Part shown: piece after piece, positions 13,774 to 27,866 of the stretch | How the letters are laid out: each line of letters starts with the position of its first letter | Numbering within the stretch: the first letter of the stretch is position 1 | Source: Octopus vulgaris | Taxonomy: Eukaryota | Assembly (NCBI GenBank): GCA_951406725.2 | Contig: OX597833.1 | Span: forward strand, 14,694,001 to 14,758,000 | DNA: 64,000 nucleotides | Reading direction: 5' to 3' | The notes under the pieces: generated by a model | Seen by the model: the letters and a program-made list of their open reading frames with translations, nothing else | Databases searched by the model: none | What the model was told of the DNA's origin: nothing | Position numbers and translations under genes: made by a program

Positions 13774-13776
<3 letters not shown>
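13358..13776 (+). pseudogene. Mariner (DD34D) transposase remnant
   Basis: FLDSIVTCDDK*ILYNN, KVIVSVW, YDNAR, ELG*EVLPHPSYS match mariner motifs (IVTxDEKW, HDNARPH, HPPYSPDL); stops present. Confidence 0.85.
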
Positions 13777-13817
<41 letters not shown>

Positions 13818-13856
13818 GTATGTATATGTGTGTGTATATATACATATATACATATA

Positions 13857-14048
13857 TGTCACTTAGCGGTTCGGCAAAAGAGACCGATAGAATAAGTACT
13901 GGGCTTACAAAGAATAAGTCCCGGGGTCGATTTGCTCCACTAAAGGCGGTGCTCCAGCATGGCCGCAGTCAAATGACTGAAACAAGTAAAAGATAAAAGA
14001 TAAAAGATAAAAGATAAAGATATATATATATGTATATGACAGGTTTTT

Positions 14049-14099
<51 letters not shown>

Positions 14100-14345
14100 G
14101 TGTGTGCTTGTAAATATGTATATGTGAGTACTTATGTTTTTGCGTCTATGTTTGTTTCCCAATCACCACTTGGCTACCGGTGTTGGTATGTTTACGTCCC
14201 TGTAACTTAGCAATTCGCCAAAGGAATCCGTAATAGAATATGGCGAAGAAAATACGTCTTGGGGATGATTTCTCAATTAAAAGCCTCTTCAAGGCGGTGC
14301 TACAGCCTGGCTGCAGTCTAATGATTGAAACAAATAAAAGAATAT
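13857..14345 (+). mobile_element. Two SINE family A 3' halves
   Basis: Tail sequences at 13857-14020 and 14150-14345. Confidence 0.7.
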
Positions 14346-14354
14346 AAACAACTG

Positions 14355-14544
14355 GGCGCAGGCGTGGCTGTGTTGTAAGTAGCTTGCTTACCAACCACAT
14401 GGTTCCGGGTTCAGTTCCACTACGTAGCACCTTTGGCAAATGATTTCGGGTCGACCAAAGCCTTGTGAGTGGATATGGTAGACGGAAACTGAAAAAAAGT
14501 CCGTCGTATATATGTATATATGAATGTACGTACATACCTATATC

Positions 14545-14591
<47 letters not shown>

Positions 14592-15005
14592 ACATATATA
14601 TATTTATATATCAGGCGCAGGAGTGGCTGTGTAGTAAGTAGCTTACTTACGAACTACATGGTTTCGGGTGCAGTCCTACTGTGTAGCACCTTGGGTAAAT
14701 GACTTCGGGTCGACCAAAGCCTTGTGACTGGATATGGTAGACGGAAACTGAAAGAAGCCCCGACGTATATATGTATATGTATATATGAATGTATGTGTCT
14801 AGGTTGTGTGTCAGTATTTGTCCCCATATCATCGCTTGACAACATATGCTGGTGTGTTGAGGTCCCCGTAACTTAGCGGTTCGGCAAAAGAGACCGATAG
14901 AGTAACTACTAGGCGTACAAAAAATAAGTCCTCGGGTCGATATGCTGAACCAAAGGCGGTGCTCAGCATGGCCGCAGTCAAATGATTGAAACAAGTAAAA
15001 GAATA
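14355..15005 (+). mobile_element. SINE family A: 5' half (14355-14507) followed by full copy (14614-15005)
   Basis: Two heads sharing the same internal deletion. Confidence 0.8.
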
Positions 15006-15803
15006 TAAGAATACAAGAATAAAAGAATAAGACCTTCGATTTTGTTGGGTCACAGAACGTCTCTCACCATCATGTACCTAATAATTATATACGTACGGTA
15101 GTCACAATATGTTTCAAGAGAATGCATATAGGAATGATTTAGGTGAGGTAACTAACCAATTTTATACACCAAGTATATTATTTTTATTTTGTTTTCTCCG
15201 TATTTAGATCAAACAAATCATAACTATATTTTATTTCATGATCATTATCAGAATTTGGAATAATAACGTTATATTTGATCTTTAGAAAAGCAGACGACGG
15301 TTTAGATTTTATGAAAATCTATATCCCTCATACGTCAAATAGGTTTTTTTTTCTTCTTACATAGATGTCTACTCTTCTACTCCAATTCCCTCTCTGTCTG
15401 TCTGTCTCTCTTCCACAATCATTCAATCGGCTGCTTGTTTCAGTAACCTTGTATACGCACATACGTTTGTATGTATGTATGTATGTATGTATGTATGTAT
15501 GTATGTATACACGTACGTACTATGTATGTGTGTATGTAAGTATTATTATGTATATATGTATGAATATATATATATATATACACTTATATATATTTATGTA
15601 TGTATGCACATAACTACGTACGTATATATGTGTGCATGTAAGTATGTATGTATGTATATATATATATATGTGTATGTGCGTGTTTGTGTCTGTCTGTATA
15701 TAAATATAATTCTTTGATTTGTTTCATGTTTAAAGTCGTGGTCTTGCTGGGGTGCCTAATACACATATATATACACATACGCACACACATATACATACAT
15801 ATA

Positions 15804-15847
<44 letters not shown>

Positions 15848-15856
<9 letters not shown>

Positions 15857-16066
15857 GAATAAGGGTAGAACTTGATATTAATCAATTAAAACCTAGCATA
15901 TTAAAAAAATCCTAAGATTAAAATATTTTTGTAGGTAAAACATTTTGTATATATATATATATATATAAAATTGAATAAGGGTAAAAATTCATATTAATCA
16001 ATTAAAACCTAGCATATTAAAAAAATCCTATCATTAAAATATTTTTGAATGTAAAATATGTTGTGT
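15848..16066. repeat. Tandem duplication of ~115 bp AT-rich unit
   Basis: AAAATTGAATAAGGGTA..AAAACCTAGCATATT occurs twice. Confidence 0.8.
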
Positions 16067-16228
16067 ATATATATATATATATATATATATTAACAGTAAT
16101 GGTAAGACAACAAAAGAATGAAAGATACCTCGATACTATGTAGAGGAATTTATCTGTAAACAATTTCCTGGATACATGCATAAATTCCTCTATATATGTA
16201 TATATATGTATATATTCATGTGTTTATA

Positions 16229-16745
16229 TCTCTCTCTATATATAAACGGCAGTTTGTCTGTCTGTGTGTCTGTCAGGTTGTACCCCCACCCTGACCACGG
16301 CTTTCAACCGATTCTGATGAAATTTGACACACACATAGCCCAATGTCATAATTCAAAACTAACGCAGCGAAAATTTTGAAAAGTTCCCCCAGTTCTGAAA
16401 AAAAATCGATAAATTCAACATGGGGTCGAGAATCTAAGCTTTTTATTTGCAACACATTTTCTGTTGTAGTTTTCGCAACTTGCAATCGATTTTCACCAAA
16501 CTCATGGTGAAGCTTAATGTTACCCTAAGAAACTTAATTCTGGCGTTAGTTTTCCATGCAATACCTTACCATCAGAAAAAATCGATAAAATCATACCATT
16601 TTGGGAAATCACGTTCAAATTCATGATGACATATTTTCGACAATATCTTTCACAAATTGGCAGGAATTTTAAAAAAATTCACAGCGAGCATCATTTCTGT
16701 TCCAGGGGCTCTTACATATCCGGGCAATGCCGGGCTATGCTGCTA

Positions 16746-16746
<1 letters not shown>
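16229..16746 (+). mobile_element. Non-autonomous Helitron-like element, family E
   Basis: 5' TC, 3' CCGGGCAATGCCGGG hairpin plus CTAG|T. Confidence 0.7.
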
Positions 16747-16782
<36 letters not shown>

Positions 16783-16785
<3 letters not shown>

Positions 16786-18117
16786 TTGAAATTTGCCAAA
16801 AAGCTAAAAACAAAGACAGGTGTTTGAGCAGAAGGCAGTGGTATTAGTTTGACTCTCGGGAAAGCGAGGAATTCTTTTACGTTTCGAGTTCAAAACTACT
16901 CTATTCAACAATAAGGAATGACACTAAATATACAGAGAGAGAACGAAGAAAAAAAACTTATGGATTTAATGATCAAACATGGCAACTGGTTGGAATAAAA
17001 AGTTTGACAGCAGAGGTAGAAAGAAGGGGAGATAATAAGGTATTTGTGATCCCAAAACGAAGGTAGGCTTGCGTGTGCGAGTATGAGAGAATTTCTGTTG
17101 TGTGGATAGGTACTAGTGACTTTGCCATGTGGATGTGTGCGTGTGTATATGTGCGCGTCTGTAATGTGTGGGTATATGGATAATGGTGTGTGGCGTGGGG
17201 AGTGGTCACTGGGAAGTGGTTAGTGCTAGTGTCTGTGTGGTGTGGGAATGAGATAGGTGAGGATGTGGGTGTGGGCTGTATGGGTAGGGCATGTGAGAGT
17301 GGGGTGTGGGTGAAGGGGTTGTCAATGAAGAGAGAAAATGGATAAGCGTTAAGTGACAAAGTAGGTATCAAAGCAAGTAAGGAGAGGATAGGTGGGTAGG
17401 AATGAAGAAAGGAAGTAGGTGTCAGATGAAGAAAGGAGGGGAGTTGAGCCCATGTGGAGCAAAGAAGCGAAGAGAGAAGATTAATAACTGTTCACGGCGA
17501 AGGCAGGAGTCTGGATAGCACCTTTGCAATGACAATCCAAACACAGACTGGTGTTCTAGTGAATGACTGGTAGAGCGGAAATGGCGGGAGACCGGGGTGT
17601 CATTACCGAGTCTGATGTCTCGGAGGTCTTCAGCGAGTCACTCAGCCAACCGGTGACCCGTTTGACTGATGTACAGATAAGGGCAAAAAGAGCAGGAGAT
17701 GCAGTAAATAACGTTGCTAGAAGTGCAAGTAAAGGAGTCGGTGATATGATAGAGAAGATGATGGATGTCTGTGAGGATGGTGCTGTTGGAGAGGTAGGAG
17801 GAAGTTCGGGAGCGTGTGCGGTGCCAGGGGAACCAGTCAGGTTGGAAGGTGGTGTTAGGGAAGAAACTGTGCACAATAGGTCACGCAGGTCGTGGGCTCG
17901 TTTGAATGAAGGAATGGATAGGTTGGGGAAAATGTGCGATGTGGAGGGGTCAGTCTGGTGTCGCAAGAAGGGGTCGGAGAATGGTGTGTTGTAGAGGCAG
18001 AATTGAGGGTGGTAGATGAGGGGAAATGGGAGACGGGCAACGGCGGGGTGAGTGCGGGGGAGAGAGCAGAGCCAAAGTCCGCGGTACGTGATTAGGCCAG
18101 GGCTGGGTGGATAGTGG
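16783..18117 (-). mobile_element. Penelope-like retroelement remnant with 3' terminal repeat
   Basis: GIY-YIG remnant plus 3' region homologous to 56668-56935 and 44935-45138, with a decayed hammerhead (CTCGAAACGTAAAAG). Confidence 0.8.
17420..18040 (-). pseudogene. Penelope GIY-YIG endonuclease domain (frameshifted)
   Basis: PSFKRAHDLRDLL, FTCTSSNVIYCISCSFC..LYISQTG, DTPVSRHF, EQLLIFSL..PHGLN. Confidence 0.85.
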
Positions 18118-19051
18118 TGAGGGGATATATACACACATATATATATGCATCTTTCCATCATGTGCATCCTTATGTGATAAGGTCGACGTCATTAAGAGAA
18201 GGAATGAACAGAGCAGGGGATACACATGGGACAAAATATGTCACAGGTATGGGATGAAAGTTTTTCGGACAGTGGACATAAGATAAAATAAGAACAATAT
18301 TAAACGAGTGTGTTTATTTGGCAAGAAAAAACAAACAATAAATGAACATACCGATATATACATACATATATATATGTTTATATATAATTTTCTGAAGTGA
18401 ATATTTATATAGATATTATTATTGTTATTATTATCGAAGGCAATAGTAATATAAGTGGTTTCATGTATAAATTAGCATTATATAGCCATATACTTAAAAT
18501 TCATATCAAAACGTCACACTAAAGCACCATCCTGCCTGATATAAGAGTTAAAACGCTCGTTAAATCACAGAAAACAACAGTATTCGGGCAAACGGAATGA
18601 AAAAGCTTTCAGATACCTATATAGCAAAATGCTATATATTTCTTGGTATTAGTATACAAGTGGGCCTTTTTCTGGTTTCACATAAATCGTACCTTCATCG
18701 TAAATCTTAACAATCACCGCAGCGGGTTGGGAAGATTTTTCAAGTGTGGTGATGTCGGTAAGATTTATGTCAAACAAGAAGCCGATCTACATGTATACTA
18801 ATGGCAGAAAATATATAGCTTTTTGCTATAAAAATATGCGAAAGATTTTTTCGATCTGTTTGCCCGAATACTGGTGTTTCTTGTTGTTATTTTCAGTGAT
18901 ATTATTGGTGGTTTAGTGAGGTTTTTAACTGTTACATCTCGCAGGCTTGCATTTTCGTGTGCCCTTACGATACCAATTATACATAGGTGCATATATATAT
19001 ACATATAGTTATACATATACATATCTAAATACATACATACATATATATATA

Positions 19052-19450
19052 TCTTTATATATAAAAGTGAGGTTGTGTGCTGTCTGTCTCCTACGATTTA
19101 GATTCCTAACTACTCCCACATTTTGCGGTGCAGTTTAACCAAAACCGGGTATCCTATAGTCGCGATTCATATCGAGCCCTTCTGGGTATTAGCGCGCGTC
19201 TACGATGAGTCTACGATTTAAAAAAAATTACCATCATTTTTTTCCATTTTAATGCATTTATTTCGCTATTATATAAGGGAAGTAACTCTCTAAAAATGTC
19301 TACGATGAGTCAACGATTTAAAAAAATATTTACCATCATTTCTTTCCCATTTTTAATGCATTTTTTGCTATTTTTTGGCTATAACTCTCTAAAAATGCTT
19401 ATATAGTTATTTCCCTTACAAATCCGAGCAACGCCGGGCGATACTGCTAG
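19052..19450 (+). mobile_element. Non-autonomous Helitron-like element, family D
   Basis: A|TC start, hairpin plus CTAG|T end; homologous to 25264-25655. Confidence 0.75.
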
Positions 19451-19638
19451 TATATATATATATATATATATATTAATAAATGAAATAAAACATATGCATA
19501 TATATAAACATATATGTACGTACCTACCTCTATATATATATATGTATATATACTTTATTTAAAAGCAGCAGAAATATAACAAAAGCTGTTACTCAGAGTT
19601 TCACGTTCCCGTTCGTGGGACAGTTTTGTGTATATATA

Positions 19639-20010
19639 CAGGCGTAACTGTGTAGTATGAAGCTTGTTTCCCAACCACATCGTTCCGGGTTCCTACCCAC
19701 AGCGTGGCCCTTTGGGAAAAAGTCTTCTACTACAGTTTTGGGCTGACCAAACCTTGTGAGTGAAATTGGTAACTGAAAGAAGCCTGTCGTATATAATATA
19801 TATTTGTGTGTGTGTGCGTCTGCGTGACGGTCTTTGTCCCCTTGCCATTGCTTGGCAACCGATGTTGGTGTGTTTACGTCCCAGAAATTTAACGGTCGGC
19901 AAAAGACCGATGAATTAAAGACTATAACAATAAGTTCTGGGGTCGATTTCTTAGACTAATGGCGGTGCTCCAGCATGGCCGTAGTTAGATGACTGAAACA
20001 GTACAAGTAT
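19639..20010 (+). mobile_element. SINE family A, diverged copy
   Basis: Head, body and tail recognisable. Confidence 0.75.
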
Positions 20011-20053
20011 GAAAGTATAAAAGAATACACCCCCCCATATATATATATTCATA

Positions 20054-20105
<52 letters not shown>

Positions 20106-20163
20106 CATATATATGGGGTGGGTGGAGACGGAAGGTGGAATATACGAGAATTTTTATTACCCA

Positions 20164-20264
20164 CGGCAAATGTTTCGACCTATCTACTGTGGAAGCCTTG
20201 CCGGTGGGATACTTAGCATCGCGTTCAGGAGCACCCGAGTGTGCAGATGCGTCTCGTCGGCTGA
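20164..20264 (-). ncRNA. Decayed hammerhead-like motif with long stem II insert
   Basis: CCGACGA GAC..ATCTGC (~60 nt) GTAGAT..GTC GAAAC AT; cleavage triplet degenerate. Confidence 0.4.
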
Positions 20265-20609
20265 TAAATAAATATAAATCGTTAAAATAACATTTCCGAA
20301 ATGTATCTTCTCTGTTTGTGTAATGAAAAACAACAAATTGGCGTCTACAGCTTCATTTATATAGACAATCAATAATCAAATTACAGATGCAAAAAACAAA
20401 CGAACACGCAGTGTAGCGAAAACAAAATATATTAAATATATCCGTTAACGGATATGGATGTATAAGCGCCCTCGCGTAGGTTGTATGGAGCATGTATAGT
20501 TACTCATACAAGCATTAACCAAATACATAACATACATTTTTGACAGTGATCGTGCTTTACTAGTATGTTACTAGGTAGAAACCATACGTATTATTATATT
20601 GTATCATAT

Positions 20610-20850
<241 letters not shown>

Positions 20851-20929
20851 TACCGGAGTAAACACAAAAATGGAAAAACACATAAGTGGTAAAAAAGAGT
20901 ACTTAAATACCAGTGGTAGAGTAATATGC

Positions 20930-21083
20930 TTTATTTAAAGCAGCAGAAAATTCAACAAAATCGTTACTTTGAGTTTCTCGTTGCCGTTCATCAGACAGTT
21001 TTTGTTAGAAAAAAACTGTCTGATGAACGGCAACGAGAAACTCAGAGTTACATATTTTGTTGAATTTTCTGCTGCTTTAAATA
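20930..21083. mobile_element. Inverted pair of Penelope-type terminal repeats, each with a minimal hammerhead
   Basis: ~74-bp arms; CTGATGA ACG GCAA CGA GAAAC TC(A/T)(G/A)A GTW on both strands; related copy at 19550-19627. Confidence 0.7.
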
Positions 21084-21085
21084 AA

Positions 21086-21130
<45 letters not shown>

Positions 21131-21133
<3 letters not shown>

Positions 21134-21342
21134 TCTTTTACTTGTTTTAGTCATTTGACTACGGCCATGCTGGAGCACCGCCTTTAGTCGAGCAAATCGA
21201 CCCCGGGACTTATTCTTTGTAAGCCCAGTACTTATTTTATCGGTCCCTTTTGCCGAACCGCTAAGTGACGGCGACGTAAACACACCAGCATCGGTTGTCA
21301 AGCAATGCTAGGGGGACAAACACAGACACACAAACATACACA

Positions 21343-21384
<42 letters not shown>

Positions 21385-21543
21385 ACGAGTTTCTTTCATT
21401 TCCGTCTACCAAATCCACTCACAAGGCTTTGGTCGGACCGAGGCTATAGTAGAAGACACTTGCCCAAGGTGCCACGCAGTGGGACTGAACCCGGAACCAT
21501 GTGGTTGGTAAGCAAGCTACTTACCACACAGCCACTCCTGCGC

Positions 21544-21545
<2 letters not shown>
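21131..21545 (-). mobile_element. SINE family A, full length
   Basis: Reverse complement of consensus. Confidence 0.9.
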
Positions 21546-21600
<55 letters not shown>

Positions 21601-21975
21601 ATACAATAAGAGGCTTCTAAATAGGAAAGCGTTGTGCTAGAATACAAAAAAAGGGATAAATTCACGAAAGGAATGAAAATTAAAAACATTTACCACCGGG
21701 TATAATTTGCGTCTGCGCAGAGGTTTGAAAAGTTAGGATTTACAAACCGTTAGGTCTACATGTGGATCTAGCAGTCTGTACGTCAGGATTATGAAGGCTG
21801 TCCCACTGAAGAAACTTGCCTTCAGCAAATATTTTTTTGCTGGAAATAGTTAGAAACCGTCGGTCTGAGAAATAGTTGAGATGGTAAAAGTTTTTAATTT
21901 TCATTCCTTTCGTGAATTTATCCATTTTTTGTGTTCTAGCACAACGCTTTTCTATTTAGAAGCCTCTTATTGTAT
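21601..21975. mobile_element. Penelope-type repeat with ~95-bp inverted arms
   Basis: 21601-21695 is the reverse complement of 21882-21975. Confidence 0.65.
21802..21869 (+). ncRNA. Type I hammerhead motif
   Basis: CCCA CTGAAGA AACT..CAGCAAA/TTTGCTG..AGTT A GAAAC CGTCG GTC TGAG; palindromic helix III. Confidence 0.6.
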
Positions 21976-22077
21976 TTCTATATGAATAATATATAGTCTA
22001 ATGACTAATTCGTTGTTTGTGCTAGGCCACTGGTAATAATAATTTATTATTACCCTATTTTATTATGTTTATATAAT

Positions 22078-22236
22078 GGAGTGGCTGTGTGGTAAGTAGC
22101 TTGCTAACCAACCACATGGTTCCGAGTTCAGTCTCACTGCGTGGCATCTTGGGCAAGTGTCTTCTGCTATAGACCCGGGCCGACCAATGCCTTGTGAGTG
22201 GATTTGGTAGACAGAAACTGAAAGAAGCCTGTCGTA

Positions 22237-22295
<59 letters not shown>

Positions 22296-22496
22296 TTGTG
22301 TTTCTGTGTTTGTCCCCCTAGCATTGCTTGACAGCCGATGCTGGTGTGTTTACGTCCCCGTCACCTAGCGGTTCGGCAAAAGAGACCGATAGAATAAGTA
22401 CTAGGCTTACAAAGAATAAGTCCCGGGGTCGATTTGCTCGACTAAAGGCGGTGCTCCAGCATGGCCGCAGTCAAATGACTGAAACAAGTAGAAGAG
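22078..22496 (+). mobile_element. SINE family A flanked by a ~76-bp direct repeat
   Basis: 21995-22070 repeated at 22497-22571. Confidence 0.9.
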
Positions 22497-22585
22497 AGTC
22501 CAATGACTAATTCGTTTTTGTGCTAGGCCACTGGTAATAATAATTTATTATTACCCTATTTTATTATGTTTGAATAAATAATATA

Positions 22586-24050
<1,465 letters not shown>

Positions 24051-24205
24051 CTAACGTGCGTGTGTGTGAGTGGGTGTGTGTGGGTGTGCGCGTGTGTGTG
24101 TGTGTGTGTGAGGGTGCGTGTGTGTGTGTGTGTGTGCGCGTGTGCGTGAGTGTGTGACAGGAAAGTTTTTTACGACGAATATAACACCTATATCCAAGTA
24201 GCAGA

Positions 24206-24472
24206 AAGATAAGACAGTAAGGTGTGATTTGAGGGAGATTTGGCTGCTATTTCTACCATGTCTAGCTGCCATGTAGGGGTCTCCCTCATAGGCTCATACA
24301 TACATATATACATAGATAAGACAGTAAGGTGTGATTTGGGGGAAATTTGGCTGCTATTTCTACCAGGTCTAGCTACCATGTAGAGGTCCCCCTCATTGGC
24401 TCATATATATATACATACATAAGACAGTAAGGTGTGATTTGAGGGAGATTTGGCTGCTGTTTCTACCAGGTC
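24206..24472. repeat. Three tandem ~105-bp units (AAGACAGTAAGGTGTGATTTG..TTTGGCTGCTATTTCTACC)
   Basis: Direct repeats; TTTGGCTGCTATTTCTA motif also near 10655 and 61808. Confidence 0.8.
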
Positions 24473-24838
24473 TGTTAGGCCTTCTCATGTAAACTCAAGC
24501 TTTCTCATGCCTTGAACATAAGACCAAAGCAGAGAATGTATTCTTTTATTCTTCTGCTTTTTCCAGCTATTGGTCTGTGGCCATGCTGGGGCAATGCCTT
24601 GAAGAATTGTAGTTTAATGAATCAACTCCACTTTTATTTTTGTAAGCATTGTACTTATTCTATCTGTTTCCTTTGTTAAACCACTAGGTGACAGGGATGT
24701 AAACAAACCAACATTCGTTGTCAAGCAGTGGTGGAGGACAATCACAAGCACAGACACGCACACACACACAGATACATGCATACACATATACACACATACA
24801 TACATACATACATATATATATATGTGTGTATATATATA

Positions 24839-25097
24839 TTGCAGCGTGGAAGGTGTTTGTAAGCCATTTAAGAAACACACAAAAACCGTTACATTCACTT
24901 CAACATTTAAATTTAATTTGCCAAAATATTTTCGTCGCTTTCAGACCGCGACCTGTTCACTGACAAAAATATCGTGCTAACAGGTCGCGGTCTCAAAGCG
25001 ATGAAAATATTTTGACAAATTAAATTTAAATGTTGAAGTGAATCTAACGGTTTTTGTGTGTTTCTTAAATGGCTTATAAACACCTTGAACGCTGCAA
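24839..25097. repeat. Long palindrome, ~120-bp arms, ~20-nt loop
   Basis: 24839-24957 is the reverse complement of 24979-25097. Confidence 0.85.
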
Positions 25098-25263
25098 CTG
25101 TTTTCGTTCCAGCACACGATCTCAGATCAAGTCACTTGCTATGCAAGTACATCTCTGTAACTATATATATATTTATATATATATATATATATATGTATAT
25201 TAGTAAAAACAGTAAGATAACAAAAGAAAGAAAGAGACCTCAATATTATGTAAATAGAGGAAA

Positions 25264-26199
25264 TCTTTATATATAAAAGTGAGGTTGTGTGTCTGTCTCC
25301 TACGATTTAGATTCCTAACTACTCCCACATTTTGCGGTGCAGTTTAACCAAAACCGGGTATCTTATAGTCGTGATTCATATCGAGACCGTCTGGATATTA
25401 GCGCGCGTCTACGATGAGTCTACGATTTAAAAAAAAATTACCATCAATTTTCCCATTTTTAATCCATTTTTGACATATATAAGGGAAGTAACTCTCTAAA
25501 ATTTATTATTAAATCTCAGAACGTAAAAAGCTACAGTAACACCCCTCCCCTTTGTGGTTAGCCATATTGAGATGGCTATTATACTTTACATCTCTAAAAA
25601 TGCTTATATAATTATTTCCCTTACAAACACGAGCAACGCCGGGCGATACTGCTAGTCTTATTATAAAAGGCAGATTTTATCTGCCTCCCTTTGTAAGTTA
25701 TAGAAATCTACAATATAGGATTTCTTCAATTACAATTTACCTAGCATTTTTAAGAGTAGAATGCATCGGGTCATGCCAGGTCCAGTTTTTAAAATTTAAA
25801 CTCCAATTAAGCAAAATTTACAGAAAACTCACATTCTGGTGTGTATGTCAAATGCTTTTCTTAGTCTGGTTTACAGCACACGCAAACGCACACACACAGT
25901 GTGCAACGAATAAAATGAAAGTAAATAGCGACAGAGTGATTTGAGGAAGACTAAACTGAAAGTATTTAAACCACTACTCAAAAAAAACAAAACACAGCAA
26001 ACAGAAACAAATAAATACATAACGATTTACTCCTCACACAATTTCTTCAATTAGAATTTACCTAAGATTTTTCAAAGTACTCCATTCGCTCATGCCATAA
26101 TATATTTCTTTCAATTTCACCCCCAATTAAGACAAAATTCGAGAAAACTCAATATTTTAACATTTCACTCCGAAAGCATTGATGTACATGTGTGCGTGC

Positions 26200-26254
<55 letters not shown>

Positions 26255-27121
26255 ATGGGTTGTGCGACACAGAAAGTGTGGTGTGTAAGTGAAGTGCTTT
26301 TGTTAGTGTGTGTAAAGAGACAGACAGAGTGAAAGACAGAAATAACTGAAGTTTTCACTATGATATCATCACGTGCGAAAAAATTCGAAGGGTTTTGAAC
26401 AATTGAGATACAGATGTCACGCCTGTATTGAAACCATTGCTAAGCTGCCGTAATTGCTTAATTAAGACTTTGTTTAAATTGAAAGGGGCAAATATGTGAC
26501 GAGGTTGAAAAAAAATACCCCAGAAAAAAAAATGTACTGCTGGTATTTATATAATTCACTACTATTTTGCTACAATGTCATGAAAAAGAAAAAATTTAGG
26601 TATGAAAATCGAATTCGCCACCCCCTTTTCCCCGTTAGCGTTTGTGTAAAAAAACTTATTATTTAAGTTTTAAAAATTATTTACTTTGTTCAAAAAATAT
26701 TAATATTAATTAATTTTCAAGAATTATTTAATTTTATTCTGTAAAATAGTAATTAATTCATTTATCTGTAAATCCGCGAGGTTGTTACTCAGGCACCTAC
26801 AATGGTAACCTTCAACTAACACTATCTCCTCCGAGACCCTGCGGCGCAAGTTGACCAAAATTGAGAGTATGGTAGAAGAAGGGTTGCTCTTCCTTCCGTA
26901 GAACATAAAATTCAAATCGGACCATGTTAACACCAAAAATTATTTACATCAAAAAGATGCTTTTTTCTATGAAAATCCCCATTTTTTACGATTTTTTCAC
27001 TGCTGTGTCGCCACTTTTCGGTGTATTTCGACCAGAAAAATGTTCACAAAATTTTTACTTTTCAAAATTACAATTCCAGCGGGTCGAAACAAACCCGAGC
27101 AACGCCGGGCGATACTGCTAG
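25264..27121 (+). mobile_element. Tandem Helitron-like elements: family D (25264-25655) plus F-head/C-tail chimera (25656-27121)
   Basis: CTAG|TC junction at 25655/25656; hairpin plus CTAG|T at 27121. Confidence 0.75.
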
Positions 27122-27866
27122 TATATATATATATATCAACTTCGTTTGTCTAAACTTTGTCTTTATTGTTCACTGTTGTTATTTGTTGAAACTGTCAGAA
27201 AGTTTGCGATTTGATATCGCCTTCAACATAAGCAATACCTAGTTGGTCAAATAATTTCAAACAAGATAATTCGTTAAAACTAATGAGGCAATGATGTTTT
27301 AATCGTAATAAATCAACAATTCGTGTAGATTAACCCCCGGGAAATGAGATTTGTTTTTCTATCTACCACGTAAATGTTGTATTTATTATTGAAACAAGAA
27401 AAAGAAATTCTTTTTTCTCAAGAAAGTTTTAGAATTTAATTGTGTGCACGAGATAGAAATGTAATCAGTCGCCAACGCAGAAAATGATATTAACTACAAT
27501 TACTATACATATATACTTTCAGTGAAAAGTAATTTGCTTTGGGTTACAGTTAATAAACTCGTAGAGATAATAGTATGTATTGATTTGTTGTATACGCTTC
27601 TAAAGTAGATAAAAAAACTTAGGTAATTCAGACGAGAAGGCGAGTAACGAATTTTTTCATTCTTACATATATTTCAGAAAAATCATCAACTGTTCTCTAG
27701 ACAGATTTTAATTGACATTTCAACTAGTCTTGTAACTTTATTTATTTATTTTTTCCTGTGTGAGTGACATCTGACAATGTCAACGAATCGAATCCGACAC
27801 ATCGCGTTTTCTACAGGTCTTTATAAAAACAAGAAACTGGTAAAGACATTTTAAACAATTTCTTTC

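Noticed and set aside
17563-17994. 143-aa plus-strand ORF (and the 52400-52921 minus-strand ORF)
   Set aside because: Antisense shadows of Penelope and CR1 coding sequence.
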